Positions 48,846 to 62,290 of a DNA stretch of 64,000 nucleotides are shown here, piece by piece. Numbering within the stretch: position 1 is the stretch's first letter; each line of letters begins with the position of its first letter. Made by a program: the position numbers and the translations under genes. A model generated the notes under the pieces. That model did no database searches, was not told the DNA's origin, and saw only the letters and a program-made list of their open reading frames with translations. This DNA is from Lama guanicoe. Taxonomy: Eukaryota. The DNA lies in assembly GCA_013239625.1 (NCBI GenBank), contig MU054187.1, positions 18,716,711 to 18,780,710 on the forward strand. Direction: 5' to 3'.

Positions 48846-51800
48846 TTACATTTTAAAAAGTTAAAATGTGTCTCAATGTGGCTATCTATCTTTTAAATTA
48901 CAGCCTTTCTGGTGGGTGTGAAGTGATATTCCATGTGGTTTTAATTCACATTTCCCCAATGATTAGTGACGTTAAGCATTTTTTCATGAACTTATTAGTT
49001 ATTCATGTATCTTTTTTCAGTAAAACATATTCAAGTATTTTGCCCATTTTAAAATTGGATTGTTTGCCTTCTTACTATTGAACTGTAAGAGTTATTTATA
49101 CATGCTTGATGCAGATTCTTTATCAGATATATGATTGCATATATTTTCTCACTTATCTTTCCATTTTCTTAATAGTGTCTTTTAAAGCACCAAAGTTTTT
49201 CATTTGGATGAAGTCCAGTTTATCTGTGTTTTCTTTAATGTACTGGGCTTTTGGTGTTGTATCTAAGAAGTCTTCGCCCATGTTCACAAAGATATTTTCT
49301 CATGTTTTCCTCTAAAAGTTTTATAGTCTTCACACTTACATTTAGGTCTCTAATCTCTATTTGCTAATTTTTTTGGTTATGGTGTGAGGTAAGGGCCTAA
49401 ATTCATCTTTTTGCATCCAATTACTTTTAAAGAAAAGAATTTAGAAAAATTAACATTACATTTTTCTTCATAATATAGTTGCGATTTGTGACTTTTTTTC
49501 TTTAACATGCTTAAGACTACCTGATATTTTCACATTTATTTATTTTTTATTTCTCTTTTATCTGTCTCCTCCTTTAGGACAATTGCTAGAGACAAAAAGT
49601 GGCTTTATCTGTGTTTTCCACTGCTATATCCTTAATGCCTTGCAAGTGTTAGGTACTCAGTAAATATCTGATGACTGAGTAAATGAATGAATGAAAGGCT
49701 AAGGTCGTCAATCAGTCAGAAAAAACAAAAACGACTTTTATTGCCCCAGTAGTTGGAGGAGGAGTATGGAGTGAAGATTCTAGAGCAGGAACCAGCATGC
49801 AGCGAGCACCGGACTAGGAGGCGAGGACTTCCCTCAGGTTTTGGGTTTCCTTCAAGTCTGCTCTGATCCAGACCCATGCCCACACCTGTGAATGTGCCAA
49901 CAAAGTGCCTTCTGCTCTCCCCACCCCCAAGTATGGCTTTTGAGGGGCATTTAATGTTGTCCTTAAAGGCATAAGCTTTATATTGGATATTATTCATTTA
50001 TTCAACAAGTATATTTGTGTCCCTGGCCATGTACCAGGCATTCTGCTAGGATTTGGGGATGCCATGGTAGACAAAGCAGGTGCTCAACCTGCCCTTATGA
50101 AGTGGTCACCTCCCAAGCACTTACTAACTAGCATGTGAACTTATGAGTATCACGTTAATGTCTCTGAGCCTGTTTCCTCGTTTATAAACTAAGGATTGTA
50201 AAGAAGCTACCTTATTCGGTTTTGACAAGTATTAAGTCATTCTATAAAGCCCAACACCTCCTCTGCACACCACAAGTGTTCAAGAGAGTATTATAATTAA
50301 GTTGTTCAGCCTATCAGTTAGGACAGAATTATTCTGTATTACTGAGTCTCAACTTCCAATTAGTATGTTATTAATGGCTCTCCCTACCATGGGATGATGC
50401 ACCATCAAGGGACAGAAAAGTATTATTTCTGTTTGAAAACATTTGAACTTATTTGTTATAAAGGCAATACATGCAGTAGAGTAGAAAACACATTCAAATA
50501 ATGTAGAAGTGTAAACAATGAAAAGCAGAACCTACCCTTCCACACACACACACACACACACAACCCATTCCTCAGAGGTAATCACTGAGAACAATTCTTT
50601 GTTTCCCCTTCCAGAAAAATCTCATGCCTATAAAAGCACATATATACACATTCTTAGAAAACAAACAGTAAGTGGAATCAGATACTACAATTGGTTCTCA
50701 TTAAGCACTCTTACTTCATAGTGGGTCCGGGAGAGTTTTCCAGGAGCAGCATATAGTGTTCTTATTCAGAGTGAGTATTTCTTACTATTCTCAACAAAAA
50801 TTTTTCAGAAAAAGAGCTCTTTTAAGCTTTCTGAAAAAGTCTGTGGGTTACACCCCCTTCCTCCTCCACCCCCACACTCCCCAGTCTCAGCCCCAGTAGC
50901 TTCTCACAGTCAGAGACTGGCACCTGCCCACCCGCGCTTTCTTGGCCTGTGGCTGGCTGTGGTCAAACTGGCAGCAGAGAGTGGGGGTGGGGCTGCGGGT
51001 AGCAAAGAAGGAAGAGAAAACAAATTTTCCATGAGTAGTCAAGAAAAAGCACAGACGTAAAATCGAATCGTCTTAAGGCACCAGCACCCCAAAGTGTTTC
51101 ATTACATGTATTTAAAGAAAGGTATCATGAAGAATATTCTAGAAGGGTTTAAAATTCAATGGGTAGATAGATGAACACCAGGATCTTAAAACAGTAGCAA
51201 CAGCTGCATAATTTGTGATGGGGTGGTGAGAAAGGACTTGGGGTCCCTGTGGGCAAACCAGTTCCCTAGAAGTGTAGGAGAGAGAGAGAGAGAGAGAGAG
51301 ATCTTCAGAGATGTGAAACAGCAAGATAGCAAGATTGGGCCCAGTGCCCAGCGAAGGACAGAGAACACTCCACCCTCCTCACTGAAAACTCAACTTCACT
51401 TCCTCCACTTCCCACCTGCCTATTCCCTCCCCCCGCTCACTGCTCTTAGCCCCATTACTTCACTTCACTTCTGGGAGGGGCTTTGCTAGACCTCAACCCC
51501 CAGCCAAGACTCTGGATGATTGATGTCTCCCCATGACCACAAATGTTTCTCAGTGGTTTGATGCTAAAGCAAATTAAATCTGCAGTAGAGATTCTGATCA
51601 TCTTGGGGGAATATAGAAATAGATCTCTTTCTTTTTGCTTCTCATTTAATCTCAGTTCTCTGAATTATTTCTACCTCTCCCTGGGCTAGAAAATAAGGGT
51701 ATAGAAAGGTTTAGAGCTTCTAAAGTAGGCTGTTAGAGGGGCCAGTGCCTCAGCTTATGGGCCTGGCTCAGAGCCTGCACCCAAGAAAGCAAAATGTGAG

Positions 51801-52214
51801 GTTTGCCTAGACATAAAGCTTTTACCATGCCTCTAAGCAGGGGAAGCTTGGGCCAAGATTATATTGGGTAGGTAATAAAATTAAGGGCAATAAAACCAGA
51901 TAAACCACCTATTTAACAGTAATTTATGGGCAAAGCCATTCCCACAAGGAGAGGTAAGATGGAGAACTCCAAGGGCCTGTGTCAAGTTCTTTCAAGTAGC
52001 CTCCTCTGCAAAGGGAACATTTTTTTCAGGGGTCCTGTCTTGGCTGAGAGGGCGTAAGTGCATTTGTCCAACACTCGCTGAAAGTAAGTAGCAACTCAGA
52101 GGGGAGTCTCCAGAATTTGGAGCCCCCTCACCCTCATGCTACAAATGATCCCCACTGAGCTGCTCAGACTTCTCAGAACCTTTTTATAAGCCATGGAATC
52201 AAGAAAGTAGAAGT

Positions 52215-52860
52215 CCACACATGCACTCCAGTGTTCACTGCAGCACTATTTACAATAGCCAAGGTGTAAAAGCAACCTAAGTGTCCACCGACAGATGACT
52301 GGATAAAGAAGATATGGTGTGTGTGTGTGTCTCTGGTTGTATGTGTGTGTGTGTGTAATGGAATATGACTCAGCCATAAAAATAAATGAAATCTTGCAAT
52401 TTGTGACAAAATGGACGTATCCTAGACAGTATTATGTTAAATGAAATAAGCCAGACAGAAAAATACAAATACCATATGAGCTCACTTATTTGTAGAGTCT
52501 GAAAAACAAAGTAAAAAAACAAACAAAAAATGAAAATAGACATATAGATATGGAGAACAAATAAGTGGTTGCCAGGGAAGAGGGGGTCGGGGTGAGAGGG
52601 GTAAAATAGGTGAAGGGGATTTAGAGATACAAATTTCTAGTCATAAAACAAATAAACTACAGGGATGTAATATACAGTATCAGGAACATGGCCAATAATA
52701 TTGTAATAACTTTGTATGGGGACAGATGGTTATTAGACTTACCACAGTGATCATTTCATAATGAATGCAAATGTCAAATCACTATGTATTACACTTGAAA
52801 CTAGCATAACGTTGTGTGTCAACTATGTTTCAATTTTAAAAAATTAAATTAAAAAAAAAA
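52215..52860 (+). mobile_element. L1MA-type 3' end
   Basis: 'gttcactgcagcactatttacaatagccaag...aagcaacctaagtgtcca...gactggataaagaagatatgg' through poly-A; degenerate TSD ending gtcca. Confidence 0.9.
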
Positions 52861-55800
52861 GAGAGCACAGGTCCAGAACCAATCTGTCTAGACAACTGTT
52901 GATTGATTTGCATATTAAAAATCAAACTTATTCTGTAAAGATGGAGTTATTTTCATAACCGTACATATCATGGCGATATCATGCTACGTTTAAGGGGTTA
53001 ATTCAGAAGGAAAAATATGAAAGATCAGTCAGATTCTCAAAAGTGCCTGACACACACACACCTACATGTACATAAGGTGAAATAACTAAATTAAGGTTTA
53101 CTTCTAAATAGCTTTTACTTTCGTAAGCATTAGCAAAAATTTTCTATACATAAATGTTAGCTCTTCTCAATTTTATTTCTGCATAGTACAAAATTCAAAT
53201 ATCATTCGGTGTTTAGGTCTCCAAATATTAAGTAACTTCCTAATGCTTCTAAGGTGTACTTTCTACCTAGAAGAGGCACAGAAGATTCGGTGACTGCATA
53301 ATTCTTTGGGGTCTGAGTTGTGGTCATGTGGGCACGCAGCCCTTTAGGACCCAGCAAGCTGGTGAACCATTGGCTCATGAAACACTGCCAGAAATGGCCT
53401 TTTTCCAGACCCTGGGGCAAGTCCAGCCAGTCACAGGGAATCATCCAGGCCAGGAAGGACTCATCAAAAGTATAAATGCCTGCCTCTGTCAGAATCCTAG
53501 GAGTCTGGGAATTACTCTTGATACCTCCCGTTTTCATTTCTCCTATATCCAATTACCTGCCAACATCTCTCAATTGGTTTCACCTCCTAAATGCCTCTCC
53601 AGTCTGTCCACTCTTCTTCAACTCCACTGCCTCTTTCCTGGCCAAACTGGCTAGATTATTATAAAATCTTTCCAAGTGGGCTAAATCCATCCCCTTTTGT
53701 CCCCTTCTAATCAAGTCCCTACACTATGGCTAGGTGGATTTAAAAAAAACAAGCCTATACTTCATCAGTCCTTTCTTTCCTTAACAGTTTCCTCCTCTAA
53801 AAATAAATTAAACAAACAAACAAACAGTTTCTGTGGGCGGCCCTTTTGCTCTTACACTGATGATCAAAGCCCACATCATGGCTTAGAGGCCGTGAATGGG
53901 CTGCCCTTTCTAAGCCTTGTCTCCTCCTGTACCTCATGTCACTATTCCCCCATTCTCTCCACTGCCCTGACCTCCTCGGGGCTCCTCACAGCTCAGGAGA
54001 TTTGGAGACAGGGAAGATCCAGGTACCTGAATTTCCCCAAAGCCCCTTGGGTGGTTCTGAACCACTACTGTGGTTGAAAGCAACTAGACTAAAGATGGAG
54101 CCAACTGGAAACTTGCATCATGATAAGTTTGTACCTGTTAGCATGAGGGTTTGACTCGGGTTTACACAGCAGGCCAGGAAAATTCTGAAAGTGGTAAGTC
54201 ACTAGGCTGACTTAAGAGGAGGTCACCACTGTTGCTTCTGCTACCCAAAAAGGGTTTAAAAAGTGAGTTCCACACAATCCACTGGGTAGATGCTTTTTCA
54301 CTTTCTAGAAAACCTAAACCTAGCTGAAATATGCAATTCTGAGACTGAGGATGCATTCACAAAAGCTCTGAAATGTTGTCTTAGACGAAGCAGATGGTTC
54401 CTGCCCAACCAAAAACTCAGCTGGGAATGTGTTTCTCTGACCTTCATGTTTGGAGATTCCATTTAATCCTGTTATATCAGAGCCTGTTAAGTGGATGTGG
54501 ATATGCTTTAAGTCCAGTCGTGTTGTTCCAGAAACTAGACCACTAGGAAAGGCAAAGCCTGATCAAACTGTGTATTGTCCTCCTCTTCCAGTTCCATTAT
54601 AGGAAGAGTCCAATGCGTTGTCAAGTTTGCTTTTCTGCAACTCTCTTGTGAATTGCATTTGGAAAGCAGGATTGAATTTGTTTGTCCGTGCTATTTATAG
54701 TGCCCACTGAGTCCTCAGCCAGCTGTGGGAGGATGTGACTGTGTTTAGATTCCCATCCAAGTCATATGTGACAGTCTCTGGCACCCATTCAACAGCTGCA
54801 GTCATTACTTGAGAGTCAGCACAAAGGGAAATCAATCAACGTTTAATGTCAGGACATCACACCTTCTCTAACATTTTTTTGGATATGAATGAGGCAGTAA
54901 CTACATACTTGATCTTACTGCTCTGCAGTCAGATGACTACTTTGCCGAAAGATACTATCTCTAACATCAACACATTTTATTTAATTTAAAAAAAAGCTCT
55001 CCAGGTTAGACAAAAATAGCTTCTTAGAAAATGATGATTTTATGTAAGTAATATGGGCAAAGGTTCTCAAAGTCAAAATGTTCAAATAACAAATGACATT
55101 TGTTCAAATGACAAATCCTACTCCTACATCTGTACTTCAGTCACCCAAGTCACTTCCTGCCGACAAATACAGTAACCAGGTTTTTATTTATCTGTCCAGA
55201 GATGTCTTATGCATTTGATCATGTACACACACACACACACTGCTGTACATTTTGCTTTCTTCCTTTTATAGTATATGCTAATTTCTCCAAGTCAATACAT
55301 AGAGATGGGCCTAGTTTCACTGTTAATAACTTTTTCATGCAATAATTTTTTGAGTGCCCAGTGAACCCTTCTCTACCATGAAGACCTTCTGTGGCTTCTC
55401 AGTGCTCAGTTGTGACCCAGAAAGGCCTCCACAACCATCTCAGTTAGCAACTATTCTTTAACCTGTGTTCTCCATTCCAATTAGACTGATCTCCCGTGGT
55501 TTCTGAATGGACTTCTAATCCCTGCTCTCTCATTAACTCACTGTCTGGCTACAGACAAGTGATCTCACTCTCCTGGCCCTTGGTCTTCTCCTCCCTGAAT
55601 TAGGAGTGGTGCAGGGAGGGGAAGGGGATGGACCCATTTCTAAGGTTCTTTTCAGCTCTCATGTTCTGTGAATCTGTGACTGGATGAGGTCAAAGGGCCT
55701 TTCCAAGTCTACACTTTGATCAGCAATTTAAGTTGTCAAGGCTTTGGTCTTGTTTCCTCAATTGTCTATAAGCTCTTTAAGGACAAGACAATCTCTTTTT

Positions 55801-57344
55801 ACAGTATCCCCAAAAATGTCCTGCTAGAGTAGTTGCTCCAGAAATGGTTGATTTGATTTTCTGGGTTACTGCTTAAAGTGCTATGCATTAATAATTGCAC
55901 CAGTCCCATTACTGGAAATAGGTCAGTTAACCCAGTTTCTTTCTTTTAGGACAAATGATAAGAATTACAATGCTTGTGCTCTATCAGAACAGTTGGGAAC
56001 AATTCTTATTTGGGCATCAGGTCCTCAACGATACATCTAGCATATGCAATCTATGCATTCCTGACATTATATATATATATATATCAGTTTGAAAGGTAAA
56101 AGCATAGAGTTTTAGAAATAAGGACATTGGGGATGATAAAAGTCACACTTTTTATTCTATAGATGTGGAAAACCATGGCCTTGGATTTAAGATATCTGTC
56201 TACAGATTGTGACTCATCTGGTGATTGATAGGTAGAACTGGGGTTATAATCTGAGTCTCCTGACTCTTATTCTAGAGAGAAAAAGGAGAAACAGAACCTT
56301 TACAGAGTGTTCATTATATGCTGTCATTAACTGGAACTTGCCGCTCCATGAAACTACATTCATGTGGGTTATTATGGTTTTGTATTTTACTTCACTTCCT
56401 CCTCTGAAAAATCAGATGAATAAACCTACTTACCTTACAAGGTGGTTGAAGGACTACATGAGATGCCTGTAGAGTTTACAGAAAGCCCCAGACACATAAA
56501 TGTTACCTATGATCATTACTTAAAGATCTTCACAATGAAAGGTCATTTTGTAATATAATTTCCCCTTTAGTCTTGATTTTTTTTAGGGGAGAGGCAGTTG
56601 GAGTCAAAAATCAGGTTTTATTAAAGGAAGGCACCCTTCTCTATTACCCTAACGAATGACTCAGCCACTCGTTAACTCACCCTTTATATTAAAATGGGAG
56701 ACTTATCCCTGACTTTTGTCCATCTTTCAGTGACTGCAAAGATTATGAACATTTCATCCATGCATACAGGTCTTCATGAATTTTGCCAAATCTACATTCC
56801 ACCTCTATTATTATTATTGTTTTTATTTAGATTGACTTTTAATTTAAATAACTGATGTATAGTTATATTAAAATATTTAAATAAAAAGTTTGTTCATATA
56901 TGACTTAGGCAACACTGATTATGGTGGGCTGCATTGAGTTGAAGGATCAGAAGACTTGGGTTCAAATTCTAGCTTTGCTCTTTGTTGGTCATGTAATTTT
57001 GAGCAATTGGTTTCACTTTGCTTATGGAATGATAACCACAATATACAATTCACAATGTTGTGATAAACAGGTATGTGATAGCACTTTGAAAAATTTGACT
57101 CAATGTCCATTATTAGTTATTGTTAAAGGGAAAACTCGTGTGTTGGGAGAAGAAAGTGGTACTGTTTCAGTAGTGGACAATTTATTCAGAAGAGTCAACA
57201 TTTTAAAGAATGGCTATAGAACCATGTAGTATTAGATGGGCTGAAAATGGCAAAAAAGCTAACAAAAATACTGCAGAAGGACAGGGGCAAAATCCACTTA
57301 AATTCACTTTGATAAAAATAACTTTTTTGCTGTATATTATAACT

Positions 57345-57745
57345 CAATTTTTAAAAATTGGAGTATAGTTGATTTACAATGTGTTAGTTTCTGGTATACA
57401 GCATAATGATTCAGTTATATATATGTATATTTATATATAATTTCATATTCTTTTTCATTATAGGTTATTATAAGCTATTGAATATAATTCTTTGTGCTAT
57501 ATAGTCGGACCTTATTATTTATCTATCTTATATATAGTAGTTTGTATCTGCTAACCCCAAATTCCCAATTTATCCCTCCCTCCCTGCCTTTCCCCTTTGG
57601 TAACCATAAGTTTGTCTTCTATGTCTGTGAGTTTGTTTCTATTTAGTAAATAAGTTCATTTGTATTATTTTTTAGATTCCACACGTAAGTGACAACATAT
57701 GATATTTGTCTCTGTCTGACTTCACTTAGTATGATCTCTGCTGCT
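57345..57745 (-). mobile_element. L1 3' UTR (artiodactyl type)
   Basis: 'ttggagtatagttgatttacaatgtgttagtttctggtatacagc...cccctttggtaaccataagtttg'. Confidence 0.9.
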
Positions 57746-58690
57746 GCAAGAGACATTATTGAAAAGAACATTCTTAACACACGCCTAACAGGAAATTGTG
57801 GCAAGTTTATGTGAAGCTTTAAAAATATAACTTCAAGTGTCAAAACGTAATCATATATATAATGAATAAAAGATATCTTAACAGCAATTAATGTTTTCTA
57901 TAATCCATTGCAATTATTAACTTTCTAAGACTAATATAATTTCCTTACTCGATCTCTAGAGCGTAACGTAAAACATCTCAAGGCTCTCGAATACTTATTA
58001 CTTAATTGCGAAGTATAGGAATCGTCAAGACTACGAGCTCCCCAGACTCAAACCATGCTGACTTTAATAAAAAGCTCTTCGAAATTGGATTCCAACCCTT
58101 TTCCACTCTCGTCACTTCCTTGACCACCTGCTGTCCCCTCCGTTGCTCTCTGGTGACCTTGCCTTCAGCCCCATAAAGAAATCAGAGGGATCTGACTGGA
58201 CCACAGTCAATTTCCTGTCCCCAAACCTCCACGGCAACACTGCCTTCCTGTTCTCCCTGAACTTCCTCTCTGGGTCTGGAGCATCCTATTCCTTATTGGA
58301 ACCTTAGGCTGTCTGTGCCTTCTGCTCTTTCTGTGACTCTACCCTCTCCCTTGCTGCAGCTTTTTCTCAACAGCATTAAACACTTTCAGCCCTTCCTCTG
58401 TCCACAGGTTCCCATGCAGCTCTGCTTTGACTCTCTGCCCTTGCATCAGATGTGCACAACGAACTCTCTCCCTCATGTCCTACTGTCCCCTTCGGCATTC
58501 CTTACCTCCCCATAGTCCCTTTTTCTCTAAGAATATTGTTTTTCCCCCAAAGTTTAATCCACAGGAATTTTTATACTATTATATAAGCAGAGTGATAAAA
58601 TAAATCAATATAATTTTGCTGTAGTGCCAGATAAATTGTAGTGCTGCATAGATTGTCCACATGCTCTCATTTCCCCTTGTGTGACTTTTT

Positions 58691-58838
58691 AAAATTTAAA
58701 ACAAAATTTTAATTCATTTTTATTTTGTAAGGAGGTTATTTATTTATTTATTTATTTTAATGGAGGTACTAGGGATTGAACCCAGGATCTCGTGCAGGCT
58801 AAGCACACACTCTACCACTGAGCTATACCCTCCCCCCT
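58691..58838 (-). mobile_element. tRNA-Ala-derived SINE (Vic-1-like)
   Basis: TSD cccctt(g/a)tgtgacttttt at 58673-58690 and 58839-58856. Confidence 0.93.
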
Positions 58839-59060
58839 CCCCTTATGTGACTTTTTTTGCACATGAGGAGGTTTCTTGTTGTCATAGCAGCACACTGACT
58901 CTTTGATCTACTCTGGGAGTAAAGCAGAGCCAGCTACAAAAATAACTGGTCTGGGATCCAGAAGCCTTTCACTTTCTCCCTGAGAGTTTATTGCCTTCAC
59001 TTATCTGAGTATATTCTTATGAAGATAGATGAAGTCTTCTGTGTCGCTAAATCCAATGTA

Positions 59061-59200
59061 TTTTTTTTTTAATTGAAGTGTAGTCAGTTACAATGTGTCA
59101 GTCACTGGTGTACAGCACAATGTCCCAGTCACACATATATTCATTTTCATATTCTTTTTCATTAAAGGTTATTGCAAGATAGTGAATATAGTCCCCTGTG
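59061..59200 (-). mobile_element. Truncated L1 3' end
   Basis: TSD taaatc(c/g)aatg at 59048-59058 and 59201-59211. Confidence 0.85.
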
Positions 59201-59219
59201 TAAATCGAATGCACTCTTA

Positions 59220-60490
59220 AATCTAGACTTGAATCTCAACTTCCGAGTGGTGTTCGATGCAGCTGATCACCCCTTCATGACACCTTCTCTTTCCTTGGTT
59301 GTGTGATGGTCTGTCCTCCTGATGACCTGTCCACCTTGGCTGTTCCTTCTCAGTTTTCCTGGTGGCTCCTTCTCTTCTACTGTTCACTCTGCAATGGGCT
59401 TCTAAGGGCTCCCTGCTGAGTTTCTCTGCTCTTGTCACTCTGCAAACTCTCCTAGGTGATCTTACTCACTCTCGAGACTCCCATTACCATCTTCACACTG
59501 GGGGCTCCCAAATTCATTTCTCCAGTAAGATCTTCCCCAGAATTTCATGTCTGTCTTTCTAGTGGTCAACTGATATGTCCACAAGATGTTTCATAATAGC
59601 CATGCCAAACTTAATATTTTCTAAAACAGAATTCATCTTTCTACTGCCAAATTTTTATCTTCTCCTGTACTCTCTAACTTAGTAAAAGCCACCACCATCC
59701 ACTCAGTTGCTTAGGCCAGAAACTTAGGAGTCATCGTTAATTTATCCTTGACTTGCCTCTTCCTTACCATGCTCCCTTCTTCCCATTAATCAAGCACCAA
59801 GACTTTTCCATTGTCTCTCCTACACACTTCTTTAATCCATTTACCTCCCTAAATTGTCACTGTCATCACACCAAGTCCAAGGGACCATCATCTTTCAACT
59901 GGATTCTGTGACAATCTCTCACCTTCCCTAAAGCACACGTGATTGTGTCACTCTCTTGACACTCTCTAATGGTTTCCTATTGCCTTTAGGATAAAAGTCC
60001 AAATCCTTAAGGCTTACAGGACTCTGTGTGATCTTCCTTCCACCTAGTTGTAGATGTTCATCGTGTGTCATTCTGGTCCTCACTCTTTCCATTCCCAAAC
60101 TGGCCTCTTGAGTTTTTTGCAATGAGGAGCCGCCCCACTTCTTCCCCTGCGACTTTGCCTGGAATACATTAGCCTAAGTTTCAGGCCCCCTACTGCTCTC
60201 CCTCCTCTGTCACCCACAACAAGTCTCCAGAACTCCCCCAACCCCAACTTGAATATACTTATCCTTTTCTTTGGGTCTTGGTATAAATATCCCATCTTCA
60301 AAAAAGTCTTTGTGAACCCTCCAGACCCTTACATAAGTTTGTTCTCTTTTTCAACATTGTCGTAACTATATTTGCATAAGTTTTCCACGTCTTTCCAGCT
60401 GCTAATCTGTACCTTCCATGAGGGCAGTGAACTTGCAATGTGTCTGACCCATAGTAACTACAAAAGAAATATTTGATGAAGGAATAATTT
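59220..60490 (+). mobile_element. Long L2 fragment
   Basis: 'caccaccatccactcagttgcttaggccagaaacttaggagtcatc', 'ggataaaagtccaaatcctta', L2 3' end. Confidence 0.85.
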
Positions 60491-61589
60491 ATTTTTCAGA
60501 AATCCTTTACTTCTTGCTGTTAACTTATTTAAGATTTATTCACAGCAATAGATTTGAGCAACTCCTTTCACTCTTCAGACTGCAATAATTGGAAGTATGA
60601 TGATTAAACCAAAAACTTCTGAAAAATAATATGTAAATAAATTGAAGGCTTAAGAAAAAAAATCCATTCTTTTCCCCCAAGTCCTTTCTATCTTTATGTG
60701 GAGAAGGTTTCATCTGCGAAGAAGGAAAAGCATTTCCAAAATGAGAAAACCTTCTACTTTGGGCATCGTCATGGAACTGATAATACCAGTAACTGTCACT
60801 GATCACATATGTGCTGCTTTTCAGGGATAGTCCTCAGGGCAGAGTGTATTAATTAACTTAAAACTGCTCGATGAGATGGTTACTATTTTCACCCTTGCTT
60901 TGGAGCGTGATGGCATCACTTTGTCTATTGCTCAGAGGGAAGCATGAAGGAACACTTTCCATCTGTTGCTGACACTCCTCTTAATTAGGTCATATTTTAC
61001 AGTTACACTAGATTCTGATAATGACCAGGATTCTTTCCTGGCTGCCGCAGAGAGATCGCGGGCCACGCTGCCAGAGGACTGCCTCTCTGTCATGTGTTGC
61101 CTCTTGCATCACAGATTCTTCCCTGGTGGATTTGGCTCCATCCTCTCTCCTTACTGCCAGAGGAATCTATCTAGTCATGCATTGCCCTTGAGGCCACAAT
61201 AGCTAGCCCTTGTGATGTTTTTAAACACTGCGGTTCCTAAACAGTGTTCAGAAAAGGGAATTCTGCTGGAGGAAGGGACAGGGGGGTAGCTTGGCTCCTA
61301 TCCAAAGAGTCATCTGGAAAGGTAGGGATGGGCAGCAGTGAGGGTGAAAGGGGAGCTGGAGAGTAACGTATCTCACTTCATTCATCCATCCATCCATCCA
61401 TTTAGTCATTAAATCTGTTCCACAAATATTTATGGCTTATCTGCCATGTGCCAAGTTGCATATTGGGTACTGGGGATGTCACAGTGAAGGAGAAATTTCT
61501 ATCTTCAAGGAGCTTATAATCTAGTTGCCAAAACAGGTACGTGAATATAGCACATACTATTGCAGGAGCGTAATAAAGGTGTGTCGTAA

Positions 61590-62290
61590 GGTTAGTGCCT
61601 GTGGTGGTGAGAGCCATAAACCCAATTTAAAAATTGATTGGGGGAAGTGTTAACATTTATAGGTTTAAGGAAAAGCACTGGAATAATGAAACTCTGAGAA
61701 GGGCAGGGCTGCGGCAAGGGCTCAGATCCAACTAGATCCAGGCACTTGAACGTCCCCAGGAACCTTGCTCCTCCTGCTCCACATGTAGGCTGTCTCTTCT
61801 CTTGCTGCAGACCTGCTCTCCTCACAGGTCAAGAAGCAAGGCCTCCATCCATTCTAAGCCTCATATGAACTCAGCGTCTGACTCATAGGGAACTGGTTCT
61901 TGTTTTTCAGTTATACTCTAAAAAACCTCAGAGAAGGACTCAAATCGACTCAGTTTGGGTCACATGCCCACTTGTAGATCAGGGACTCTCAACTGTAAGT
62001 GGTTTTGCCCCTGAAGGGATATTAGGCAACGTGTAGAGGTAAAGTCCACTGTCATGACTAGTGGGGTGGAGAGGATGCTGTTGGTATCTAGTGGAAACAG
62101 ATAGGATGTTGAGAGGCTGATAAACTTCCTACAATGTATAGGACAGCCCCCCACAACAAAGAACTCTCTAGTACAAAATGTCAATGGTGTTAATGTTGAG
62201 AAACCCCAATCAACTGTGGTCGGGGGAAGGGTCAAGCGGGGTGTCAAAGGGTCTCTCAAAGAAGTGAGGTATTGGATGACAACCAATGGA
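61590..62290 (-). mobile_element. MLT1 (MaLR) LTR interrupted by MER20
   Basis: 'ctcagtttgggtcacatgcccac' [MER20] 'caatcaactgtggtcgggg' rejoins a recalled MLT1I/J-type motif. Confidence 0.65.
61980..62208 (+). mobile_element. MER20, about full length
   Basis: 'cctacaatgtataggacagcccccacaacaaagaa...aaaatgtcaatggtg...gttgagaaaccc'. Confidence 0.9.

Larger units (their letters stand above)
46420..49420 (-). mobile_element. L1MB-type element interrupted by younger L1 pieces and a SINE
   Basis: L1MB-like 3' end at 46420-47035 resumes near 48880 ('ggtgggtgtgaagtgatattccatgtggttttaatt'). Confidence 0.8.
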
